Positions 1 to 9,751 of a stretch of DNA of 64,000 bases are shown here, piece by piece. Source of the DNA: an uncultured Anaerolineales bacterium (GTDB taxonomy: Bacteria; Chloroflexota; Anaerolineae; Epilineales; JAANWY01). Under the pieces are notes generated by a model. It was not told the DNA's origin and made no database searches. It saw only the letters and a program-made list of their open reading frames with translations. Location of the stretch: contig CAZHMV010000007.1 of the NCBI GenBank assembly GCA_964532665.1, positions 12,132 through 76,131 on the forward strand, read 5' to 3'. Position numbers and translations under genes: made by a program. Position 1 is the stretch's first letter. Each line of letters begins with the position of its first letter.

Positions 1-893
1 TCGTAGCGGCTCACACCGCCGGTTGTGCCGAACCACAGGATGCCATCGTTGTCCACGGCGATGTCAGACACCCGGTTGTCAATCAGCCCGGAGTTGGCCC
101 TGGTGATGCTTTCCCAGTTGGTTCCGTCAAAGACGGTGGCACCGCCTGGCCTGGCAGCGGATTCCGGTAGCAGGCCAAACCACACCTTCCCTCCTGGAGC
201 CATCGCAATAGACGTAACAAAGTTGGTTCCCAGTCCATCGTCGGTGGTATACGCGGTCCAACTATCACCGTCCAGGACACTGACCCCTCGGAAGGTGGCG
301 AACCACACGCGTCCATCGCTGCCGATCGCGATGTCCCGTATCTCGTTGTCCGCCAGCCCTTCGTTCGTCGTAGCCGTGTTGTAGATTGTCCAGCCGCTTC
401 CGTCGAAGAAGCTGGCGCCGGCCCCACTGTGGCCGGCCCACACATGGTCGTCGGCATCGATGGCGATAGACCGGACAAAATTGTCTGCGAGGCCATCCGC
501 CGTGGTGTAGGTTACCCAGACATCGTCCGCCTTGTCGGCCGTGCCCATGTCGTCGAGGACGCTGAGCCCGGCCACCGTGCCGATCCAGGCTTTGCCGGAG
601 CCGTCGATGGCCACCGTTGCCACGTTGTCGGCAGCCAACCCGTCGGCCGTGGTGTAGGTGATCCACTGGCTGCCATTAAAGACGCTGACGCCTCCTCCGG
701 CGGTAGCGAACCAGATGCTATCGGCCTTGGTTGCCAGGGCAACAACGATGTCCGATGCCAGTCCGGAGTTTCTGCTGTTATAGGTGAGCCAACTGCCGGC
801 CTGGGCCTGGGCGACTGTCTGGGGACTCCCTGCCAGCCCTACCGCTGCCAGTACCAGAAGGAGGCTGAGAAGAGCAATGATCGCGTTGCGCAT
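1..893 (-). CDS. Secreted two-component-regulator-propeller (Reg_prop / Y_Y_Y-like) repeat protein, 3' truncated by window edge
   Basis: Manual translation of minus strand from ATG at 893: MRNAIIALLSLLLVLAAVGLAGS signal peptide, then repeated ~45-aa units with 'W(F/I)(A/G)T..G(V/L)SV(F/L)DG..W..YTT.DGL..N.V..IA.D' typical of Reg_prop beta-propeller repeats. AGGAAGGGG SD upstream. Not in ORF track because it runs off the window edge. Confidence 0.7.
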   Translation of the reverse strand, partial: MRNAIIALLSLLLVLAAVGLAGSPQTVAQAQAGSWLTYNSRNSGLASDIVVALATKADSIWFATAGGGVSVFNGSQWITYTTADGLAADNVATVAIDGSGKAWIGTVAGLSVLDDMGTADKADDVWVTYTTADGLADNFVRSIAIDADDHVWAGHSGAGASFFDGSGWTIYNTATTNEGLADNEIRDIAIGSDGRVWFATFRGVSVLDGDSWTAYTTDDGLGTNFVTSIAMAPGGKVWFGLLPESAARPGGATVFDGTNWESITRANSGLIDNRVSDIAVDNDGILWFGTTGGVSRY

Positions 894-1039
894 CGGAATT
901 CCCCTTCCTACTGTGTTCTTCCCAGAGCCCCAGGCCGCCGTTGAGAATGCAGGCGATACCGCTGAGCCCTCACCCTGTTGGTCCGGGGTGAAGGCGAGCT
1001 GGCCGCGGGGACATCTGGATAAAGACTTGGTATGGTATC

Positions 1040-1078
1040 TTGCCGCTCGCGGGGCTCTTCGGAGTGTCAAGCCCCGCG
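1040..1078 (-). terminator. GC-rich stem-loop downstream of the 1099..2178 gene (GCTCGCGGGGCT...AGCCCCGCGAGC)
   Basis: 12-bp perfect inverted repeat with 13-nt loop directly after the stop codon. No clear U-run. Confidence 0.35.
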
Positions 1079-1098
1079 AGCATCGGTTTCAGTAGGCG

Positions 1099-2178
1099 TT
1101 ATTTGAAGGGCCAGAAGACGCCGAAGATGTCCCAGCCCTCGGTGACCAGATTGCGGTTGTCGCCCCATACGGCCAGATGCCGGCCCAGCTCGGGGTCGTA
1201 GGCTATGCCGGAGGACGCCTGATCCCCGGTGGTGGCGACGAAGGCAAAATTCTCGACCGACGGGTTTCCTCCAGGATCCAGCAACCGCCCCACCAGATCA
1301 ATGAAGGTCTCAGGCCCACCGCGATCGTCGCACCACACGATCAGATATTCTCCGCGCTCTTGATCGAAAGATAGCGACGGAGCGAATTGGTTGCTCGTGT
1401 TGTCGACCATCGAGTTGATCTCGGCCCCGATTCGATTGGGGGGTGCCACCCGCTGTCCGAACATGTTCTTGCTCTCAGGGTCCCGGTTATCAGACCAGAA
1501 GACCAGATAGTCACTGGTTCGCGAACTATAGGCCACTGCCGGGTCCATCTGGTCCGCCGGCGCTGTGGAGACCGAGAAGGAACCCCCCTTGGGTAGCCCA
1601 TTCTCACGCAGCAACTGGCCGAAGATGTCCTGGCCTGTTGCAATGGCGTTCCGGCTGTCCGTCCAGACGAGCAGATATTCCATTCGATCGGAATTGAACG
1701 CCAGGCGAGGTTGCCTCTGGCTGGCCGGCAAGGTCATGACGGGAAATTCCGGTCCCACTGAGGCACCGCTGTGTTCGATCAAGCGACCGAACAGGTCATG
1801 GCCTGTGAACCGCGCGTTGCGGTCATCGTCCCAGACCACCAGATACCGATCCTGCTGCGGGTCGTAGGCCACAGCCGGCCAGTCCTGGCGTCCGCGGGCG
1901 TTGGTGATGGTGAGGATTGGCGGATTCGCCTGCCCTTCCTTGGTCAGTCGCTGGGCGAAGATGTCCCCCCCATTGCTCCATACCATCAGGTACTCGTCCT
2001 CGGTGGAGTTGTAAGCTACCTGAGGATGGAATTGATTTCCTGGTGCGGCAACCACGGGGAACCCTTCGGGGGTTCCGTCATTCTGGGCGAGTGGCGCTGC
2101 GAAGACCACGCTCAAACCGCCGGCCAGGAGTACCACCAACACCAGACTTGCCAAAATCAGTGCCTTCTTATGCATCAT
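1099..2178 (-). CDS. Secreted repeat protein (approx 50-aa repeats 'AVAYD...YLVVWxDxR......DIFGQ(R/L)'), probable beta-propeller; function unknown
   Basis: 359-aa ORF with N-terminal TM/signal (LILASLVLVVLLAGGLSVVFA) and 6-7 internal repeats. No recognised catalytic motif. Confidence 0.6.
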   Translation of the reverse strand: MMHKKALILASLVLVVLLAGGLSVVFAAPLAQNDGTPEGFPVVAAPGNQFHPQVAYNSTEDEYLMVWSNGGDIFAQRLTKEGQANPPILTITNARGRQDWPAVAYDPQQDRYLVVWDDDRNARFTGHDLFGRLIEHSGASVGPEFPVMTLPASQRQPRLAFNSDRMEYLLVWTDSRNAIATGQDIFGQLLRENGLPKGGSFSVSTAPADQMDPAVAYSSRTSDYLVFWSDNRDPESKNMFGQRVAPPNRIGAEINSMVDNTSNQFAPSLSFDQERGEYLIVWCDDRGGPETFIDLVGRLLDPGGNPSVENFAFVATTGDQASSGIAYDPELGRHLAVWGDNRNLVTEGWDIFGVFWPFK

Positions 2179-2301
2179 CTGTCTCCTTGTCCCATTTTGT
2201 CACTTGAGGAGAAATTTATTAACCCAGAACACAACCTCTTTCGCACCTCCGTATGCGGTTTCATAACTCTTGCATTTCACCACCCCCTCGAGGGATGCAG
2301 T

Positions 2302-3258
2302 CTATGGGACGCAGGCATCAAAGCTCACGTCGTCCACAAAGATGTCATTGGCCTGCTGGGTCTGAAAATCAAGGTAGAGCAAGATGGTCTGGCCAGCGAA
2401 GGCCGCCAGATCCACCTCATGGGTCTCTGAAAACCAGCGGTCCCTGGAGCCGCGCACACCGATGGTGGCGATGCTCTGCAGCACCTGTTGGTCGGCATCC
2501 CGGAGCTCGATGTCCAGTGTGGTGGGGCCATCGTAGAACCGGCGCACATAGGCCTGATAGGATAGTGTGGCTCCGGTCGCCCCATCGGGGATTGCGAGCG
2601 CTTGATAGAGGCGATCTTCACTCAAGGCTTCGCCCCCGAACCACGCGGCCCGTCTCCCTGCCGGCGGGCTGCCTATCGGCAGGGTGCCGCTTACAAGCTC
2701 CCCGGCGTGCCTCCCCTCCTGTATCCAGGGAGGCGCTTCCCCTTCCGCCCCCAGCTCGAAGCTCCCGTTTTCAATCTTGCACCTCTCCACGATGGGTGTT
2801 GGTGTGATCTCAGGTGTTGGCGTAGCGGTCGCTGTCGCGGTCGGCGACCCCGTAGCAGTGGGCGTCGCGCTGACGCTCAGGGTTGCGCTCGGGAAGATTG
2901 TGGGAGTCGCTGTGGCAACGGGCGTCGTTGTGAACGTCGGCGTTGAAGTGGCCGTTGGCTGTGGGGCCGGCATGCCGCTGTTGAGGACGAGAGGGAGATA
3001 GGCCAAATTACCGTCCTCGGCCTGATCCAACGCAGTGGCAGGGCCTCCATCCCGGTCGCCAACTACGCCAAAGCGGATGATCCCGCCTCCCCTTACGTCG
3101 TTACCAGACTGTTCCGTCCAGAAGGGGATCGGGACTGCCGCGGTGGTTCCTTTGAGGGCGGCGCCGGCCCCTGTGAGCAGCATCAACTCCAGGAGAAAGC
3201 CCAGTCCCATCCACACTGTGGCCAGTTGTCTCACTTGCTTCTTCTCAATACTGCACAA
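2302..3258 (-). CDS. Secreted protein with Pro/Thr-rich linker and C-terminal beta-rich domain; hypothetical
   Basis: 318-aa ORF; signal-like MGLGFLLELMLLTGAGAA; long PTATSTPTFTTTPVATATPT linker. Start (TTG 3258 / GTG 3234 / ATG 3210) uncertain. Confidence 0.5.
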   Translation of the reverse strand: MCSIEKKQVRQLATVWMGLGFLLELMLLTGAGAALKGTTAAVPIPFWTEQSGNDVRGGGIIRFGVVGDRDGGPATALDQAEDGNLAYLPLVLNSGMPAPQPTATSTPTFTTTPVATATPTIFPSATLSVSATPTATGSPTATATATPTPEITPTPIVERCKIENGSFELGAEGEAPPWIQEGRHAGELVSGTLPIGSPPAGRRAAWFGGEALSEDRLYQALAIPDGATGATLSYQAYVRRFYDGPTTLDIELRDADQQVLQSIATIGVRGSRDRWFSETHEVDLAAFAGQTILLYLDFQTQQANDIFVDDVSFDACVP

Positions 3259-3652
3259 TCTCTGGCAACTGCCCGGCCTGTGCGACCCATCTCCGCACCT
3301 TGGTCAAAGTCGGCGGGCGGCGCGTCACCTTGTTGGTGATGTTCACCCTCATGATGTCAGCATACAGGTTCTCGGGGTAACTGCCGGCCAGCTTCTGTAT
3401 CGAATCAACCCCCGCACGCTCCAGGAGATCAACGTACACATCGCCAATGCCCTCGATCCGAAGCAAATCGGCACGTTTGATCAGCCTAAAGACGACGCTG
3501 GATTTCACATTGGCTTGAGCCGCTAACAAGTCCCTGCCTTCTGGAGTACCGGCCACAGCCAGCAGTTGGGTTGTCGTCGTCAGTCCCCGTTCCCTAAACT
3601 TCGTGGCCAGCTCCGGGCTGACGCCTTTCAACTTCGAAAGCGGTGCGGGCAT
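3245..3652 (-). CDS. DUF4332 (helix-hairpin-helix) domain protein
   Basis: 135 aa; 'LxxIxGIGxxYxxLLxxAGVDSIQKLAG' HhH-type motifs characteristic of DUF4332. Confidence 0.6.
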   Translation of the reverse strand: MPAPLSKLKGVSPELATKFRERGLTTTTQLLAVAGTPEGRDLLAAQANVKSSVVFRLIKRADLLRIEGIGDVYVDLLERAGVDSIQKLAGSYPENLYADIMRVNITNKVTRRPPTLTKVRRWVAQAGQLPEIVQY

Positions 3653-3774
3653 GAATCCCTATCCTTTCCAATCTCCGCATAGTACTATACCATACCATGC
3701 TCGGAGTTTAGTTAGAGATCGGAAAGAACATGGTTAAGTTTGGTTAGCGTTTCTCTCAGGATTGGGGGAGGGGG

Positions 3775-4599
3775 TCAGGCCCCGTTGCTGGAGAACAGGT
3801 AGCCAACCCCCCGCACATTGAGGATGTACCTGGGATCGGTGGGGTCAGGCTCCAGCTTCTTGCGCAGGCAGTGAACATAGTACTTGATCAGATTTCTGGC
3901 TTCCCATTCGTCCGCTTCGTACCCCTGGACTTCGCTTACAAGCTTGCGATACCCCTGAACCTCGCCGGCATGATTGACAAGGTGGGCCAGCAAGGCGAAT
4001 TCGGTTGGTGTGAGTCCGATCCACTGTCCATTCCGGCGAACCCGACGCCGGTGCTGGTCGATGATGATATCTCGTGGCTGCACGCTGCCATGACTGTGGG
4101 TACCATTTGCCCCATTGTGGGGGAGGGGCTTGACGTGATGGGCTGTGCTCGCCGGCTCCTCGTAGTCCAGGAGGTGCACGAGGTCTTTGAGTCTTGTGAG
4201 CAAGAGCTTCTCTCGTCTGATGCGCTGCGTCTTGGCGATGCCCTGTTTCACACAGCGCTTCAGGTCCTCATTTCGGAGTGGCTTGATCAGATAGTCGTGC
4301 GCTCCGTAACGCAGCGCTATGACCGCAGAAGCTACAGTGGGGTGGGCTGTCACGATGACGACGGATGTCTCGGGGCAGATTCTTCGGGCTTGCTTCATCA
4401 GCTCAATCCGTGCCAGACCCTCTCCCCCCAAATCCAAAAGGATCAGGTCGCAGGGGGTTCGTTTCAGGGCGCTGGAGGCATCGGTGCAGGCGTGAACGTT
4501 ATCGACGTGGTAGCTCTCTCTGCTTAGTACCTCGTGCAGTGCGGTGGCGATTTCACCATCGCCATCTACGACCAGGATACGACCTTTGTCCGATAACAT
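3775..4599 (-). CDS. OmpR-family response regulator (REC + winged-helix trans_reg_C)
   Basis: Receiver motifs (ILVVDGD..., DLILLDL, KPL) and C-terminal 'LTPTEFALLAHL...RNLIKYYVHCLRKKLE...RGVGYLF'. Start set at ATG 4599 preceded by GGGAGAGAAGG; ORF track extends to 4704. Confidence 0.8.
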   Translation of the reverse strand: MLSDKGRILVVDGDGEIATALHEVLSRESYHVDNVHACTDASSALKRTPCDLILLDLGGEGLARIELMKQARRICPETSVVIVTAHPTVASAVIALRYGAHDYLIKPLRNEDLKRCVKQGIAKTQRIRREKLLLTRLKDLVHLLDYEEPASTAHHVKPLPHNGANGTHSHGSVQPRDIIIDQHRRRVRRNGQWIGLTPTEFALLAHLVNHAGEVQGYRKLVSEVQGYEADEWEARNLIKYYVHCLRKKLEPDPTDPRYILNVRGVGYLFSSNGA

Positions 4600-4725
4600 C
4601 CTTCTCTCCCGAACAGCCATCATCATTACCTGGTGGTTTGATTTCCAGTGGAGATGAAATCTTACGCTCCTCGGGTTAGACATCATTGGCCGGCTGTGGT
4701 ACACTACACGCTACCGCTGACGGCA

Positions 4726-4816
4726 GAGGATTGACGAAGGACGAATGACGAACGATCAGGGACCGGCATCAATCGTTGGACATCGGCTGTTCGTCGTTCG
4801 TCCCTTCGTGAACTTC
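4726..4816. repeat. Heptamer-built palindrome (GACGAAG GACGAAT GACGAAC ... GTTCGTC GTTCGTC CCTTCGT), approx 22-nt arms, 36-nt spacer
   Basis: Read directly: gacgaaggacgaatgacgaacga at 4728-4750 and its reverse complement cgttcgtcgttcgtcccttcgt at 4790-4812. Confidence 0.7.
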
Positions 4817-7486
4817 GTTCTTGCCGTGCTTGTCTTCCTGGTCTGGGCGGACCCCCTGGCAGCCGGCCACATAGCGCAGCTTCCTGCATCTCCCATCTAC
4901 CTGCCCCTGGTGGCGCGAAATGCGGATGCCCGGAAGCTGCCTCCGCCGCCGGATCTGGATCGGTATGGGGGCTACCGTCGGCTGCAAGGTGCCCAGACCG
5001 GCTACTTTCACACCGAACAGATGGGCGGCCGCTGGTGGTTGATCGATCCGTTGGGGCACGCTTTCTTCTCTCTGGGCGTCAACAACGTTGACTTCCAGCC
5101 CGATCCCCCCTTCTCGGCCTACCACGACAGCGCAGTGCGCAAGTATGGCGACGAGGCACACTGGGCAGAGGGAGTGGTGGCGCGCCTGCGAGGCTGGGGC
5201 TTCAACTCCATCGCTGCCTGGAGCAGCCCCTTGACCTATCACCAGGGAATGGCCTACACCATGAACCTGGAGATCACACCGGCCGCCATCGCTGGCGGCG
5301 TGCCGGCAGTTAGCCAGAATTTCGCCGACGTGTTCGATTCGCGATTCCCGGCCGTTGTGAGCGAGACAGTGGAGGCCGCAATTCCCGAAGGCACCGCCAA
5401 TGATCCCTGGCTCCTGGGCTATTTCCTCGATAACGAGCTGTACTGGTATCAGGGCGCAGATTTCAACTGGGACCCTGACGAGGTAGGGCCGACGGTCGTA
5501 GACGATTTCATCGCCCAGGGCTCCCATCAGGCCGGCAAGCACGCCTGGGTGGAGGGCTTCCTCGTGCCGCGCTATGCCTCTGTGGAGGCGCTCAACCTTG
5601 CGTGGGGGACCGCCTTCACCAGTTGGCTGGGCGATGAACCGTCCAGCGTCATCCATGCCACCGCCATTCCCAACGCCAACGACGTGATCCGGGCCGACAA
5701 GCAAGAGTTTCTGACCATTGTCGCTGACCGGTACTTTGCCGTTACCACCCAGGCCGTGCGCGCCCGCGATCCGCACCATCTGATCCTGGGGACGCGGTTC
5801 AACCGGGCCGTGCCGGCCGCCGTCGTGTCGTCTGCCGGCGAGTATTGTGATGTCCTGAGCTTTAATCTCTACCACGACGGACGACGCTACAAGAGTTCCG
5901 ACATCTGGGGCTTCGAGCATTTCGATAGCTACTACAATCTGGCAGAGAAGCCGCTTCTCATCAGCGAGTTCTCCTACCGGGCGCAGGATAGCGGGCTCCC
6001 CAATGCCCGGGGAGCCGTCGCCGGCGTTGCGACCCAGGAGGAGCGCGCTCAGGGGTACCGGTTCTACCTCCAGGCGATGGCGGAGAAGCGCTACGTCGTG
6101 GGAACGCACTGGTACAAGCACGCCGATGAGCCGGTGGCCGGCCGCTTCGATGGTGAGGATAGCAACTATGGCCTGGTGACGGTGCATGACGACCCGTACG
6201 GGCCGCTGGTGGAGGGGATCGCCCGTACCAATGGCAACATCTACGACCACCTTCTGGGTCAGCCGGCCAGGTTGCCGGAGCCCCCTCTTCCCCGCTGGCC
6301 GAAGCACGACGTGGTGTACGACACGCCGGCCGTCCCACCGACCTTTGTCTGGCAGCCGGTCGGCGGGGCGATAGGTTACACCCTTCAGGTCTCGCCCGAT
6401 CCGCTCTTCCCGCCTGAGGTGACGCTCACTTTCCCCCAAATCCCTGACCCGGTGCAGACTCTGCCCGACCCTCTGTCAGCAGGAAGATGGTACTGGCGGG
6501 TGGCAACGGCCGCAGCTTCCGGGACAATGAGTGACTTCTCCGCCCCCCGGCCGCTCTCCGTTCTACCCGTCTTTTCGACTCGCCTGATCAACGGTTTTGA
6601 GACGCCCATCGAGGCCGCCGTCGGGTCGGAGGAGAACGGCTGGCGCGGTCGCTGGGTCGCTTCACCGCCGGCCTCGGTGAGCATGGCGCGCTCCAGCCTG
6701 TACGCTACCGAGGGTTCCTTTTCTGGCCAGGCGCGCTACAACGGAGCTACAGCCGGCGCGTACCCATTCCAATTCGCCTCCCTCCTCCGCATTCCCGACG
6801 GGATCAACCTGGTCCCCCACGACTGGTCTTCCCACGAATACGTGGCCTTTGATGTTTACAACCCGCAGACCAGTCCGATCAACGGGGAACTGGGTGTCGC
6901 CAACGACGGCTACTCGCCCGTGAAGCTGTACCCATTCCGTGTGGATGGGGCCACGGAGGGGCATTTGATCTTCCGGCTTCGGGATGCAGCGGCCGCAGGG
7001 GTGGACCTGGCGGACGTCCAGCATGTTTGGATCGCCATCTTTCGCCCGGATGCCGGCCAGACGCTCTACTACGACAACTTTCACCTGATCGACCTCCCCG
7101 ACGACAACGATGTCCCGCCAGTCATTTCCTTGCTGGCAACGGATGCTCGGGTGGGGGGTACGATCAATCTGGACTGGACGGCCTACGACGCTGCCGGCCC
7201 GGGGGACGTGGGGGGCTATCGGGTCTACGTGTCCACGCTGCCATTCGTCAGCGTGGCGGAGATGGAGCCGGTTGCCACACTGGAAGCGGTGATCAAGCGG
7301 TATCCGGTCCAGATGTTGCGACCGCCCCAGGGCGAGGAGCGGGCGATCCCGCTGCAAGACGGCGTCCGCTACTACTTTGCTGTGACAGCGGTGGACGGAG
7401 CGGGGAATGAGAACCCTCTCGTGGTGGCCGTGCCGGCGGTGCCGACGGAAGAACACGGATTGCTCGGATGGGCGGATTGGGAGTGA
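4745..7486 (+). CDS. Secreted multidomain protein: putative TIM-barrel glycoside hydrolase-like N-terminal region plus two fibronectin type III-like domains
   Basis: 913 aa; hydrophobic leader VNFVLAVLVFLVWADPLAAG; C-terminal FN3-like segments (RWYWRVATAA...; GYRVYVSTLP...YYFAVTAVDGAGNE). Annotated ATG 4745 lies inside the palindromic repeat; true start may be GTG 4808. Confidence 0.55.
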   Translation: MTNDQGPASIVGHRLFVVRPFVNFVLAVLVFLVWADPLAAGHIAQLPASPIYLPLVARNADARKLPPPPDLDRYGGYRRLQGAQTGYFHTEQMGGRWWLIDPLGHAFFSLGVNNVDFQPDPPFSAYHDSAVRKYGDEAHWAEGVVARLRGWGFNSIAAWSSPLTYHQGMAYTMNLEITPAAIAGGVPAVSQNFADVFDSRFPAVVSETVEAAIPEGTANDPWLLGYFLDNELYWYQGADFNWDPDEVGPTVVDDFIAQGSHQAGKHAWVEGFLVPRYASVEALNLAWGTAFTSWLGDEPSSVIHATAIPNANDVIRADKQEFLTIVADRYFAVTTQAVRARDPHHLILGTRFNRAVPAAVVSSAGEYCDVLSFNLYHDGRRYKSSDIWGFEHFDSYYNLAEKPLLISEFSYRAQDSGLPNARGAVAGVATQEERAQGYRFYLQAMAEKRYVVGTHWYKHADEPVAGRFDGEDSNYGLVTVHDDPYGPLVEGIARTNGNIYDHLLGQPARLPEPPLPRWPKHDVVYDTPAVPPTFVWQPVGGAIGYTLQVSPDPLFPPEVTLTFPQIPDPVQTLPDPLSAGRWYWRVATAAASGTMSDFSAPRPLSVLPVFSTRLINGFETPIEAAVGSEENGWRGRWVASPPASVSMARSSLYATEGSFSGQARYNGATAGAYPFQFASLLRIPDGINLVPHDWSSHEYVAFDVYNPQTSPINGELGVANDGYSPVKLYPFRVDGATEGHLIFRLRDAAAAGVDLADVQHVWIAIFRPDAGQTLYYDNFHLIDLPDDNDVPPVISLLATDARVGGTINLDWTAYDAAGPGDVGGYRVYVSTLPFVSVAEMEPVATLEAVIKRYPVQMLRPPQGEERAIPLQDGVRYYFAVTAVDGAGNENPLVVAVPAVPTEEHGLLGWADWE

Positions 7487-7535
7487 CGGAATCCGCCCAT
7501 CCGACTCATCCGCCCATCCGAGCAATCCGCGTTCT

Positions 7536-9170
7536 TCATTCGCCTGGCCCGATCGACCTCATGACCGCCGGCAGGTAAAGCTGCACGCCGGGCGTTGTCG
7601 TCGCCGTGGGGGACGGCGAGACGGTGGCGGCAGGCGTGGCAGTCGGTGATTGGCCGGTAGCGGTTGGTGTGGGTGTCGCCGGCCCTGGCGGGGGACCTAA
7701 CTGGAGCCGGCCCCATCCATACTCATTGTCGGGGCCGGGTTGGCCCAGGTCAAGTGCGCGTGCTTTCAGAAAGGCCACGATCTCTTCGGGGGTGAAGGAC
7801 GGGAAGGCAGACTTGACCAGGGCGGCTGCGCCGGCCACGTGCGCTGCTGCTACGCCGGACCCGCAGGCACCCTTACCCCCCTCATCGCACGGCACACCGT
7901 CGCTCAGCCAATAGGTCACGGTACTGACACCATCGGGTGCTACCAGGTCTGGCCTGATACGCCCGTCATTCGTCGGTCCGCGAGAACTGAAAGCTTCCAA
8001 CTCGTCATCGCTCCAGTGGGTTGCCCCCACGACCAGCGCACCCTGGGCATCGGCGGGGGTCATGATGCTGCTGGTGATGACTTTGTGCTCCAGCTCAAAG
8101 CCAGGGTCCCAGCCCAGAAACAGCTCCACACGCGTCGATCGCGTCTCCTCCGGCGGCCGCGTGACGGCCACGTTGTACGTGCCGTCGTCCTGGACCGTCG
8201 CATCGATTTGCTCAACAGGATAATGGAAAGCCCCCGGAATCTGGCTGGAAATCCAATCCGGAGGCTCCTCCTCGAACGATAATGCCAGGTTGTAGTTAAT
8301 CTCGGCATTCTGGTCCCAACGATCATCCCATGTCAGCCCCACCGAGATGAGCTGATCTGCGATGACATTCGGGATGTCGTTCCAGTTGTCGCCAGGGGCA
8401 AAATCCAGGCAGCCGCCGCCGGACCCCGAGGGGTCCAATGCCGGCGGGCAGCCGTCCAGGTCCTGCCACTCGCCTTCCCAGTGACGTAGAGCTGCGTCGC
8501 CGGCGCCATTCACCCAGAGGATCCCGCTTCCCCTGGCCTGGTCGATCTTGGCTGTCAGGGGTCCCCGACCGTCTCCGCTGCTGCCCACCAACCAATTGCG
8601 GCCGTAGAGAATCACATCTACCTGCTGTTCCATCAGCCAATCCACCGCCCCTGTGAACTGATCCACTTCGCTGGGCAACGTGTTCACCAGGTAGAACTGA
8701 GCTTCCGGAGCCAGATCGAAGACAATTTCCGCCATGATGGTGCCATGATCGTCGCCGGCCCCGAACCCGCCCACCGTGCGGAACGTGTGCGTGATCACGC
8801 TGGCAGGGAGCTCCCCCTGTTGGATTCGCTCGTCGTAGCCCCGGAAACCCGCGTCCAGCACGGCGATTTTGACCCCCTGGCCACGCAGGCTGGCCTGCTG
8901 CCAGGCATCGGCCCCCATCTGCGAGACTCCCTCGCTGATGATCGCCAGCGGGGCGGCGGATGAGCGGCCCGCCGGCAACAGGAACCACATCGAGGAGAAT
9001 GCCCCCAGGGTGATGAGCAGGGCCAGGGCGGCCAGGGTGCGGGCGAACGCAGGCCAGCCCCGTACTGCGCGACGAACGATGATGGGCGAAGGAGGAAGGA
9101 CAAACCGTTGATCTCCGCCCTTCCTTTCTCGTTCTTCCTCCTGCCTCACGGGTCCGCGTTTGACAGTCAT
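7536..9170 (-). CDS. Subtilisin-like serine protease (peptidase S8) with N-terminal membrane anchor and C-terminal Pro/Thr-rich tail
   Basis: Asp (VKIAVLDAGF), His (DHGTIMAEIV) and Ser (GSGVAAAHVAGAAALV) catalytic blocks in subtilase order. Start chosen at ATG 9170 (MTVKRG..., GGGGGT upstream) so as not to overlap the DoxX gene; ORF track extends to 9446. Confidence 0.75.
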   Translation of the reverse strand: MTVKRGPVRQEEERERKGGDQRFVLPPSPIIVRRAVRGWPAFARTLAALALLITLGAFSSMWFLLPAGRSSAAPLAIISEGVSQMGADAWQQASLRGQGVKIAVLDAGFRGYDERIQQGELPASVITHTFRTVGGFGAGDDHGTIMAEIVFDLAPEAQFYLVNTLPSEVDQFTGAVDWLMEQQVDVILYGRNWLVGSSGDGRGPLTAKIDQARGSGILWVNGAGDAALRHWEGEWQDLDGCPPALDPSGSGGGCLDFAPGDNWNDIPNVIADQLISVGLTWDDRWDQNAEINYNLALSFEEEPPDWISSQIPGAFHYPVEQIDATVQDDGTYNVAVTRPPEETRSTRVELFLGWDPGFELEHKVITSSIMTPADAQGALVVGATHWSDDELEAFSSRGPTNDGRIRPDLVAPDGVSTVTYWLSDGVPCDEGGKGACGSGVAAAHVAGAAALVKSAFPSFTPEEIVAFLKARALDLGQPGPDNEYGWGRLQLGPPPGPATPTPTATGQSPTATPAATVSPSPTATTTPGVQLYLPAVMRSIGPGE

Positions 9171-9196
9171 TCTCAATACCCCCATTGCCTGATTCT

Positions 9197-9745
9197 TCAT
9201 GTCAGCCAGATCAGCAGGCCGGCTACGCGGCTGCCGTTGGCGGCTGTGCCGGCCAGCCGGCGCGCCAATCGGGTATCTAATCCCCAACACCGACCACTTC
9301 GCGTGATCCCAAGAAGCAGATGGAGGCCGATCAGCGCCGCGTAAAACCAGGCCTTCTCGCCAGGCACGTTCAGCACGCTCAGCGTGATGTTCACGGACAT
9401 ACCGGTCCCGATGGCGGTGCCCAGTCGCGTAAAGGCCCCCAGGCAAAGCGACAGGCCGATGATGAGCTCCGTAAACAGAACCAGGTAGCCGAATAACGTG
9501 AAGTTCGGGATGATCACCTTCTCAAGAAGGGCCTGATATCCCGCAAAGGTGGGGTGTTGAACACCCTGGCTGATCCAGTGCCACAAGCCGGTGTCGGTTG
9601 TCTGACCAAAGTCCGGCGGAACTTTCCACGAGGCAGCATACAGCCAGTACAGGCCATAGACCGCTCGCAACAGCCCGAGACCAAGGCAGCCTATTCCCTG
9701 GCCGATGATCCTATCCCGATACCCTGCCACGCGCTCCGAGATCAT
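9197..9745 (-). CDS. DoxX family membrane protein
   Basis: 182 aa, four predicted TM helices with DoxX-like pattern (…GLLRAVYGLYWLYAASWK…, …FGYLVLFTELIIGLSLCLG…). Confidence 0.65.
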   Translation of the reverse strand: MISERVAGYRDRIIGQGIGCLGLGLLRAVYGLYWLYAASWKVPPDFGQTTDTGLWHWISQGVQHPTFAGYQALLEKVIIPNFTLFGYLVLFTELIIGLSLCLGAFTRLGTAIGTGMSVNITLSVLNVPGEKAWFYAALIGLHLLLGITRSGRCWGLDTRLARRLAGTAANGSRVAGLLIWLT

Positions 9746-9751
9746 ATTCGC

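Noticed and set aside
4769-6439. 556-aa ORF on the minus strand, antisense to the secreted hydrolase-like gene
   Set aside because: Arg/Gly/Pro/Val-rich low-complexity translation typical of antisense frames in high-GC DNA. The sense strand carries a coherent domain architecture. No SD or homology signal.
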